This document shows, one piece after another, positions 50,195 to 56,712 of a DNA stretch of 56,712 nucleotides. Location of the stretch: positions 1 through 56,712 of the IMG/VR virus record IMGVR_UViG_3300038701_002640, one strand, 5' to 3'. The stretch's first letter is position 1. The number at the start of each line of letters is the position of its first letter. Source of the DNA: a virus. Below the pieces are notes generated by a model. The model ran no database searches. It worked only from the letters and a program-made list of their open reading frames with translations, and had not been told where the DNA came from. Made by a program: the position numbers and the translations under genes.

Positions 50195-52065
50195 CCTACT
50201 TGATCTGAGCTAATATCGGTTTCCCTAATCTCAGCAGACTTAATAGGTTTAACGTTTTTAACCATTTTATCATACTCTTCTTTAGTAATCTCTTCCAACG
50301 GAGCCTGATCAAAACCATGCTCACTATGTAGTAAAAAAGATACCGTCTTAACATTCGTATTAAAGTTTTGCTTTAACCATCTTTTAATTTTAGGTAACTC
50401 ATCCTTACTATAATATATAGTACAAGATACACTATTATCCGACCAATTAGTCTGAAGTTCTTTTATAATCTCCAACTGATCTATAGCAGTACAGTCTTCT
50501 GCCACAACAGTATGCTTAGGAAATTTACACGGAAACTCAACAACAACAGTCCCATGATCCTCAGACCCATCAAACTTACGAGCAAACTCTACGTTATACC
50601 CATGATCTTTACAAACTTGGACCAAAGGGATATTGCTAGCCATACGAACCCTGCGGATGTGATAATGACTGTAACCAGGATGGCAACCAGGAGTAACTCC
50701 AGATAATAAGCTAAGGGTTCCCGAAGGTTTAACCGTCGTAAGCTTGATTGAATTAGGATATCCATGCTTCTTACTATATTTTTCATCATACCCCCTCAGA
50801 TATTCATAACATTTCTTTAACCAAGATTTTTGCTTTTTAGTAGCCATACAATATCCAGTAACACCAATACCCATACGCATGTTCTTATGAACGATAGCCT
50901 CTGTTGTTTCTTGATGACATTTGATAGCTAAACTATGCTTATTAATTCTATACAAGTACGTAGACACTTCCTTCAATTCTTCTTCAGATTCTATATTAGG
51001 AAGATGAATCTCCGCTAAACAGCAGGTTTCATAATCAGCCAGCGATTGCTCAGCACAAGGATTATAACCCTTAACATCCGGATCAGGATAATTAGTATCT
51101 CCAGCTCTACCCACTTCCTGAGAAAGTTTTAAATTTATAAGCCCATAAGGCTCTCCGTTACCCATGTAACCTTGCCAAAACTGATCAGGCAGATCCTCAA
51201 TGTTGTTACACACAACACTGTTATTAGACATAGCTCTCCAGTTAGGTATATTCCCTAAGTCCCACCTCTTGGCATTAAGAAACTGTAGATCGTCCATGTC
51301 TCCAATTGCTATTTGAGCAGACCGTCTAACATTACCAGCCACAACTATTGAACCAATGATGTTCATTATATCCAAACAATCTACAGAACGGAGCTTCTTC
51401 CCTGATCTATTATTGAGCACTCCATTGATTTGTTCGATTCCTGTACATAATTCTTCAGGTCCGCTAGCAAGACCTCCAAAACCTTTAATAGTGGTCCCTT
51501 TCCCCCTGACGCAGATTGTAGAATAAGTGAAACCTCTTCCTGTGTGGAAACTAGCTTCGAGCGTTCTTCGCAATAACTCAACCCACCCTTCTCTGGAATC
51601 CGGGACAATAAAGTCTGCATCCTTTGTATCGAGTCTAGTAATTTTAACTTTTCGTCTAACTTTTGGGATCTCATAAACGTACTCCTTCTGTATGTTATAA
51701 CCGACACCACTACCTAACATTAAAGCATCCATAGCCCACGTAAAAGGCTCCACAGGTTTATCCACCACTACAAACGCGCAATTTTGTAAAGAAAATAATC
51801 CAAGCTTATCCACTGTCTTAGTGCCTAATTGCCAAAAAAACCTACCTGCTACCGTTCCCTTTAAGGACAGTAATATCTCTCGTAGTCTCTTTTCTTCTGA
51901 AGGCTTAAAACCGACTTTAAGCTGCTTAGAACATCCTTCTACAATACGATCAACTGTTTGAGGATATTCCTCCGTTAAAGAATTAGGATCTGAATCCTTA
52001 AGCCTTCTAGAATAGGTTCGCTTGTAAACTATATATCCTAATGGTCCCCATGGGGTATCTGTCAT
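50164..52065 (-). CDS. nrdJ: Class II (adenosylcobalamin-dependent) ribonucleotide reductase, monomeric type
   Basis: N-terminal WGPLGYIVYKRTYSRR, active-site GYNPCAEQSL and C-terminal redox pair CEGGACPIK. Confidence 0.85.
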   Translation of the reverse strand: MTDTPWGPLGYIVYKRTYSRRLKDSDPNSLTEEYPQTVDRIVEGCSKQLKVGFKPSEEKRLREILLSLKGTVAGRFFWQLGTKTVDKLGLFSLQNCAFVVVDKPVEPFTWAMDALMLGSGVGYNIQKEYVYEIPKVRRKVKITRLDTKDADFIVPDSREGWVELLRRTLEASFHTGRGFTYSTICVRGKGTTIKGFGGLASGPEELCTGIEQINGVLNNRSGKKLRSVDCLDIMNIIGSIVVAGNVRRSAQIAIGDMDDLQFLNAKRWDLGNIPNWRAMSNNSVVCNNIEDLPDQFWQGYMGNGEPYGLINLKLSQEVGRAGDTNYPDPDVKGYNPCAEQSLADYETCCLAEIHLPNIESEEELKEVSTYLYRINKHSLAIKCHQETTEAIVHKNMRMGIGVTGYCMATKKQKSWLKKCYEYLRGYDEKYSKKHGYPNSIKLTTVKPSGTLSLLSGVTPGCHPGYSHYHIRRVRMASNIPLVQVCKDHGYNVEFARKFDGSEDHGTVVVEFPCKFPKHTVVAEDCTAIDQLEIIKELQTNWSDNSVSCTIYYSKDELPKIKRWLKQNFNTNVKTVSFLLHSEHGFDQAPLEEITKEEYDKMVKNVKPIKSAEIRETDISSDQVGCEGGACPIK

Positions 52066-52084
52066 GTAATCTCCTTGTATATTA

Positions 52085-52112
52085 ATAGTATCATAAAACT
52101 TTTAAAAATCAA
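52085..52112 (-). promoter_or_regulatory. Possible sigma70-like promoter for nrdJ (TTGATT-16-TACTAT)
   Basis: rc of 52107..52112 is TTGATT and rc of 52085..52090 is TACTAT, with a 16-nt spacer. It lies just upstream of the RBS AAGGAG and the ATG at 52065. Confidence 0.3.
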
Positions 52113-52116
52113 TTTA

Positions 52117-52361
52117 GTACAAGTACACTGTACTTTTTCACAGGTACAGTTCATGGTACAGCGATAAATTTTTGAAATCATTAAGAAAGTACAGGGTACA
52201 GCAAAACAGTACTACACTACGCCACGCCAGCGCCCCTATTATATACTTTTTTACTTCTAAATATATATAAACTATCTGTACACTGTACATACTCTTTTAT
52301 TTCCTATACTTAATAGACTTCTTAGACTGTACTACTTCCTGTACCAATACGGTAATAGTAC
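52117..52361. repeat. Cluster of 13 GTAC(A) motifs (iteron/operator-like)
   Basis: GTAC at 52117, 52123, 52130, 52144, 52156, 52189, 52196, 52209, 52278, 52285, 52329, 52341 and 52358. GTACAG occurs 4 times in the left half and CTGTAC 4 times in the right half. The 11-mer GTACACTGTAC occurs twice. Confidence 0.8.
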
Positions 52362-52392
52362 AACTACTTCTTTTATGCTCATAGCAAAAGCA

Positions 52393-52656
52393 TCATTCTT
52401 TAGAATGTTTTTTCTCATACCCTTCATCTAATACATTTCCTTTAAGATCCAATACTCTACCGTGTCTTTTATCAGAATTCAAAGAAGAAAACATATTTTT
52501 AAGAAAAGTATAGCTTTTTTTGTCACAACTTCTTGCTTTAGATAAAATACTAAATTGAGTTCCCGAAAAACCTTTAGTTTTAGCTTTCATTATTCCTCCT
52601 ACGGATATATAAAATACTAGAATCAGAATTATTACTGACCCTAATGGAAAAAACAT
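52393..52656 (-). CDS. Hypothetical protein with an N-terminal TM segment
   Basis: ORF track. Confidence 0.45.
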   Translation of the reverse strand: MFFPLGSVIILILVFYISVGGIMKAKTKGFSGTQFSILSKARSCDKKSYTFLKNMFSSLNSDKRHGRVLDLKGNVLDEGYEKKHSKE

Positions 52657-52847
52657 TACTTAACTTCCTTACGTACATTGTAACCTAGTAAAAAACTAAG
52701 AATACTAGAAACACCAAAGTACAATAGTAAAAATAAACCACCATACTTACCGCCAGAAGCTAATTCAACAAACATACTACCTACAATCACCGGCAACGGC
52801 ATAAAAACCCACAATATAAAAAACAATCCTATATTAAAAGCTTTCAT
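52656..52847 (-). CDS. Small 2-TM membrane protein
   Basis: ORF track. Hydrophobic segments FNIGLFFILWVFMPLPVIVGSMFV and GGLFLLLYFGVSSILSFLLGY. Confidence 0.5.
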   Translation of the reverse strand: MKAFNIGLFFILWVFMPLPVIVGSMFVELASGGKYGGLFLLLYFGVSSILSFLLGYNVRKEVK

Positions 52848-53151
52848 AATTGTCCATCTGCTCTTCTACAAGAACATAATTTATATGCTGCTCAACATTT
52901 TCATGTTTATTAAAAAAATCTATAATATCCATTGCTGACCAATCGCAAAGAATAAAATCATAAATACCTACAACACCAGTCAAGTCTCCAGGATACTCAG
53001 AATTATGATCATCTTGCATCTTAGAAATAATCAACTCTGGTTTCCAAAACTGAGATATTACTTTCTCAACAGCTTCGGTCTCTCCAAATGCTTCAACTAA
53101 CCAGTCTAATTTCTCATATAAACCAATAGTGTCTAGATCTATCTTAGCCAT
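52834..53151 (-). CDS. Hypothetical acidic protein
   Basis: ATG at 53151 (MAKIDLDT...) is preceded by AGGAGG. The track start at 53193 lacks an RBS. Confidence 0.5.
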   Translation of the reverse strand: MAKIDLDTIGLYEKLDWLVEAFGETEAVEKVISQFWKPELIISKMQDDHNSEYPGDLTGVVGIYDFILCDWSAMDIIDFFNKHENVEQHINYVLVEEQMDNYESF

Positions 53152-53219
53152 GCTGCCTCCTAAATTGTTACCTATAAATACATAATAGCCCAATCTAACA
53201 TATCTGTCAATACCTATAA

Positions 53220-53906
53220 CTACTTGATTTTACTGGAAATACCTAAATCTACTGAAGAAAAACTAACCGTAATATACTTATCATTAGATCTCGGCATCTC
53301 TCCAATATGTCCATATACGAAATTACTAGGAAATACCAATATAGACCCCCTAACTGGACTAACGCTAAACCCTTGATTAAAGAACCTAGTTTCGCCACCT
53401 AAGCTTACATCATTCAAATAACAAATAATAGTCAAAGATCTCTGTGGCACCAATCCTCCCACAGCATCTTGATGTGGACTAAAATGCCCTCTATCTTTCT
53501 CATATAGACTCATGATACAAGACTTCGGATCAACTTCGGAATTCTCACCAATCACATGCTGGTAATCTGCCAAGTAATCTCTCAGCACTGGCAAAATGTA
53601 AAGTCTGTGAAGCCTAGAGCTAAGATCGTCCCACCTTTCATGATCGTACAAATGAAGATCCTTAGCAACTAAAAACTCATCAGACCTGTACTCATCATGC
53701 TCCTCATTACTAACGAATCCGTCTATAACTTCTCCAAGAGCAAAACCCTTATGAAACTCTCTTATAAGTCTATCGCAAAACCGATCATCTATAGCATTAG
53801 CATAAACAGCAATATCGCCAATCTTCAAACGACTACCAACACCATGTTCAAACATCATTGGTTTCTCAACTTGATTACAATACCTAAATAACTTATCTCG
53901 ATCCAC
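53220..53906 (-). CDS. 2OG-Fe(II) oxygenase (prolyl-hydroxylase-like)
   Basis: HxD motif HFSPHQDAV, distal His in FPSNFVYGHIGE, and GGETRFF. Confidence 0.65.
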   Translation of the reverse strand: MDRDKLFRYCNQVEKPMMFEHGVGSRLKIGDIAVYANAIDDRFCDRLIREFHKGFALGEVIDGFVSNEEHDEYRSDEFLVAKDLHLYDHERWDDLSSRLHRLYILPVLRDYLADYQHVIGENSEVDPKSCIMSLYEKDRGHFSPHQDAVGGLVPQRSLTIICYLNDVSLGGETRFFNQGFSVSPVRGSILVFPSNFVYGHIGEMPRSNDKYITVSFSSVDLGISSKIK

Positions 53907-54087
53907 TCTCTTCTCCTATATAAATAGATTCCCAAAGAACTTTTTTAGTAAAATGATGCCTAAGCTGAACCTTATTCTTATAAACCCACACCTGACCCTT
54001 AAGCTCATTAGACCACTTATGATGCCCATCCTTAAACCGACCGACAATTTCTTCAAGCTCCAAAACACTAAGCTCTGTATGATACAA
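53893..54087 (-). CDS. Hypothetical protein (TTG start, uncertain)
   Basis: ORF track. The reading frame stays open upstream without an ATG. Confidence 0.4.
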   Translation of the reverse strand: MYHTELSVLELEEIVGRFKDGHHKWSNELKGQVWVYKNKVQLRHHFTKKVLWESIYIGEESGSR

Positions 54088-54130
54088 AGCTCTTTCTATA
54101 AACTCTGGATTACTTAAATAATATTGAACT

Positions 54131-54292
54131 TTAATCTTCTTTCTCCCATGCTACACTATCTTTACCCACATGCTCCACAATCCCCACTATTTTCTCAGCT
54201 ACCCAGTCTTCAGAATACAAGTATCCAAGTTTATCAATTGCATCCTCTTCTAGAAATAAAGTAATCTTTTTAATTAATTCTGATTTTTTCAT
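54131..54292 (-). CDS. Small hypothetical protein (53 aa), below the ORF-track cutoff
   Basis: ATG at 54292-54290 is preceded by AGGAGG and the conserved GTGCCGAAGTTAGCTTATAGGAGG element. Translation is MKKSELIKKITLFLEEDAIDKLGYLYSEDWVAEKIVGIVEHVGKDSVAWEKED. Confidence 0.5.
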   Translation of the reverse strand: MKKSELIKKITLFLEEDAIDKLGYLYSEDWVAEKIVGIVEHVGKDSVAWEKED

Positions 54293-54330
54293 ACTACAAC
54301 CTCCTATAAGCTAACTTCGGCACCATAGTC

Positions 54331-54726
54331 TCAAACCGGACACCAACTATTACCACATGGTGACTTACAAAACCCACAAGACTTAAGACCTAACTTCGGC
54401 TCCACAGACTCCTCAGACTTTAAATTAACAGACTTTTCTAACCCCTCATGCTGCGTAGACTGTAAGCTTTCAGCCTCAGACTCCTGATGTTGATCAAACT
54501 CCACAAAATCAATTTTACTAAAGTCTGCGAAGTCTATCCACCTATCATCTAGTAGTATTACTTTTACTTTTATATCTCGTTGGTATTCTCCGTAGTATCT
54601 TATTTCTTTGACTTGGGCGCCGAAATTAGCTTCGTCTCTAGTAGTATACCAACATGGTCCAACCTTTAACCAGTCTGCCCTTAGATACGTTATGTTGGTA
54701 GCTTTGCAATTATCATTATGGCTCAT
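54331..54726 (-). CDS. Hypothetical protein with a C-terminal Cys cluster
   Basis: ORF track. C-terminus CGFCKSPCGNSWCPV. Confidence 0.5.
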   Translation of the reverse strand: MSHNDNCKATNITYLRADWLKVGPCWYTTRDEANFGAQVKEIRYYGEYQRDIKVKVILLDDRWIDFADFSKIDFVEFDQHQESEAESLQSTQHEGLEKSVNLKSEESVEPKLGLKSCGFCKSPCGNSWCPV

Positions 54727-54754
54727 TTCCTACTCCTTCTATAGATCCTTATTC

Positions 54755-55360
54755 TTATACTATCTCGTACTGGGAGAAAGTTTTTATCATTGTTAGGTAA
54801 AGCTCCATTTCATCCTCATTAAAACCATTAGTCTCGCCTATATACTGATAATTATCTAACCAGTGCTGAATAGAATGATCTATACAACCTATCTTAACCC
54901 TATATTGGTCCTCATATCTATAATAGACTAAGGTATATTTTTCACCAGTAAAACTAAGTATGCCTTTTGTATGCTGCGTGTTCGATACAGACAAATTAGC
55001 TCTATACAAATTAGCTTTATACAGATTAGCGAAGGACAAATTAGCTTTATACAAATCAGCATTAGACAAGTCAGCTCTAAACAAATTAGCATTAGGCAAA
55101 CTAGATTCAGACAAATTAGCTTTATACAAATTAGCTTTATACAAATTAGCAAAAGGCAAATTAGCTTTATGCAAATTAACTTTATACAAATTAGCTTCAG
55201 ACAAATTAACTCCAGACAAATTAGCGTAAGACAAATTAGCTCTAAACAAATCAGCTCTAAACAAATCAGCTCTAGACAAATCAGCTCTATTACCTTTACT
55301 ATTATCCTCTAACCATAACTGATGCTGCTCTAATATTTCATTTAATTCATTCTGGTTCAT
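54755..55360 (-). CDS. Pentapeptide-repeat protein PRP-A (201 aa)
   Basis: ATG at 55360 (MNQNELNEILEQHQLWLEDNSKGNRADLS...). About 20 A(D/N)LxX units are followed by a C-terminal domain [39 protein letters not shown]... that is shared with PRP-B. Confidence 0.85.
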   Translation of the reverse strand: MNQNELNEILEQHQLWLEDNSKGNRADLSRADLFRADLFRANLSYANLSGVNLSEANLYKVNLHKANLPFANLYKANLYKANLSESSLPNANLFRADLSNADLYKANLSFANLYKANLYRANLSVSNTQHTKGILSFTGEKYTLVYYRYEDQYRVKIGCIDHSIQHWLDNYQYIGETNGFNEDEMELYLTMIKTFSQYEIV

Positions 55361-55383
55361 ACCTACTCCCTTACCTATTTCTA

Positions 55384-56349
55384 TTAAAGCACAAAATCCT
55401 TTCCACAGCAAGGACACGTCACAGCCCTAGCTTCCTTTAACTTCTTCCTCTTACCTGCCTTAGTGACCTTATTCTTGTCTGCTTCCTTAGCCTGTTCTTG
55501 GCTAATTGCCGAAGCCGTTACGGGAACTTCCATTTCCTCATTCTTCCTGTAGTGTCGTACGTTTACCGTACAAAGATGATTACTATAAAAATTTAGGGCA
55601 TTAGTAAAAGCATCCGGCTGCCTCATCTCAGACAAATCAGTAAACAAAGGTTCTTTATGCTGCTCCTTATCGAACTCAACCAGTCTCTTAAGAGCTAGAT
55701 CAACTGGTACTTTGTCAGCAATCAGCTCACCACATAAAGAGCTAAGGGCATGGTTCCTTCCCGAAGTCATAGAGCCTTTACCATCACTTTCCAAATCGCC
55801 AAATTTCGCCTTTAGCTTCGACTCTAGATTAGACACTAGAAAAGGTGGTAAAAGTGGTAAACTACCTAGATCTACATCTAATAGGGTTTTATCCGTGGTC
55901 CAGACATAAGAACAACCATTAGGATGTTTACTTGGGGGTAAGGTTGTCTTCTTATTAGAAGATAAAACCTCTAGAACAACTGAACCATTGAGCTTAACTA
56001 TCTGGGTATGTTCACCTTTGTAGCGAAAAAATCGCGTAAAACCCGTACTACCTCGCTTCTCTACTGGGCTCTCGGGCAGTATGCCTTTTATTATTTCTAG
56101 GATTTGTGGGTCGTCTGTATCAACATCTAGGGCTATGATTCCAGACTGCTCGCCTAAACATAGAGCTATGTTATTTTCTGGGTAAGCTTCAGACCAGAGA
56201 GCCACCTCGTGCCCTTTAGGTAGTTTGTAGCAATAATCAGCATAACCTTTTATCATAGCCTTTTTGCTGGCGTATCTGTCAGGTATTAAGCTCAATCCCC
56301 TGTCTATATACTGTTTACCTAATTGACTGTATATGTTTTTAGTTTGCAT
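55384..56349 (-). CDS. Prim-Pol-type (bifunctional primase/polymerase N-terminal domain) AEP protein
   Basis: GLSLIP..., NIALCLGEQSGIIALDVDTDD (DxD) and TLPPSKHPNGCSYVW, the characteristic Prim-Pol motifs. Basic C-terminus with CPCCG. Confidence 0.7.
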   Translation of the reverse strand: MQTKNIYSQLGKQYIDRGLSLIPDRYASKKAMIKGYADYCYKLPKGHEVALWSEAYPENNIALCLGEQSGIIALDVDTDDPQILEIIKGILPESPVEKRGSTGFTRFFRYKGEHTQIVKLNGSVVLEVLSSNKKTTLPPSKHPNGCSYVWTTDKTLLDVDLGSLPLLPPFLVSNLESKLKAKFGDLESDGKGSMTSGRNHALSSLCGELIADKVPVDLALKRLVEFDKEQHKEPLFTDLSEMRQPDAFTNALNFYSNHLCTVNVRHYRKNEEMEVPVTASAISQEQAKEADKNKVTKAGKRKKLKEARAVTCPCCGKDFVL

Positions 56350-56361
56350 ATCTATTCCTTT

Positions 56362-56712
56362 CTACGTTATCTCATATTTAGACATAAACTTTATTTGAGA
56401 TATATATAATTCTATTCCATCCTCATTAAAACCATTCTCCTGACCTATCTTACGATAATTATCTAACCAATATTGAATTGGATGATCCATACAACCTATT
56501 TTAACCCTATACTGGTCTTCATATCTATAATAGATTAGAGTATAGTTTTCACCAGTAAAACTAAGTATGCCTTTTGTATGTCCTAGGGCAGCTTTATACA
56601 AATTAGCTCCAGCCAAATCAGATCCAGACAAGTCAGCTTCAGACAAATCAGCTCCAGACAAATTAGCTTCAGACAAATTAGCTTCAGACAAATTAGCTTC
56701 AGACAAATTAGC
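56362..56712 (-). CDS. Pentapeptide-repeat protein PRP-B, C-terminal part (same gene as 1..772; 56586..56712 duplicates 1..127)
   Basis: ORF track 56362..56706. It reads ...[75 protein letters not shown]... and has no genuine start inside the window end. Confidence 0.85.
   Translation of the reverse strand, partial: ANLSEANLSEANLSEANLSGADLSEADLSGSDLAGANLYKAALGHTKGILSFTGENYTLIYYRYEDQYRVKIGCMDHPIQYWLDNYRKIGQENGFNEDGIELYISQIKFMSKYEIT
56586..56712. repeat. Terminal overlap, copy 2 (identical to 1..127)
   Basis: 127/127 identity with 1..127. Confidence 0.9.

Noticed and set aside
54928-55312. ORFs 54928..55152 (-), 54960..55229 (+) and 54971..55312 (+) with repetitive LICIKLI / KLALYKLA / QISFIQIS sequences.
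   Set aside because: They are alternative or antisense frames of the pentapeptide-repeat gene PRP-A. The A(D/N)LxX frame has a proper start, leader and C-terminal domain.

Overview
The window is a complete, AT-rich genome of a tailed dsDNA phage (Caudoviricetes). The first 127 nt (1..127) are identical to the last 127 nt (56586..56712), so it is a closed circle or a circularly assembled contig with 56,585 bp of unique sequence. One gene crosses the junction in frame.

Two arms diverge from a pair of sigma70-like promoters at about 6155..6226.

The rightward arm (+, 6284..40625) carries:
- small early-type genes;
- a GNAT / ClpP-like / PQ-loop / trypsin-like protease cluster;
- a large terminase interrupted by a LAGLIDADG intein in its P-loop;
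- portal, scaffold and major capsid genes;
- a long virion, ejection-protein and multi-fibre module, which includes an HNH endonuclease, a collagen-like fibre and a protein with a peptidase-S74 chaperone domain;
- a C92 permuted-papain amidase and a RusA-like resolvase.

The leftward arm (-, 6133 down through the junction to 40591) carries:
- many small membrane and lipoprotein genes, plus an SLT lytic transglycosylase;
- two pentapeptide-repeat genes flanking a Prim-Pol gene;
- a 2OG-Fe(II) oxygenase, class II RNR, ThyX and MazG;
- an AEP primase, SF3 helicase, PD-(D/E)XK exonuclease, a MazZ-like (DUF5664) pyrophosphohydrolase and a family A DNA polymerase.

I found no tRNA, rRNA, CRISPR array, integrase, repressor, reverse transcriptase or phage RNA polymerase. 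Strong Shine-Dalgarno sites, TTGACA/TACAAT-type promoters, lipoboxes and an SLT enzyme suggest a Gram-negative host (inference).

Most unusual features:
1. A PRP / Prim-Pol / PRP three-gene module (54755..56585 plus 1..772).
2. Two paralogous hexanucleotide-periodic tracts that encode (X-Ser)n Trp/Arg/Gly-rich micropeptides, coupled to flanking genes by TAATG overlaps (4581..5207).
3. A 327-bp non-coding region with 13 GTAC(A) motifs in mirror-like orientation (52066..52392).
4. A dispersed 15-24-nt motif, GTGCCGNARTTAGCT, in 7 copies.
5. A phage-encoded SemiSWEET-like PQ-loop protein.

All functional calls rest on motif recognition by eye. No database search was run.
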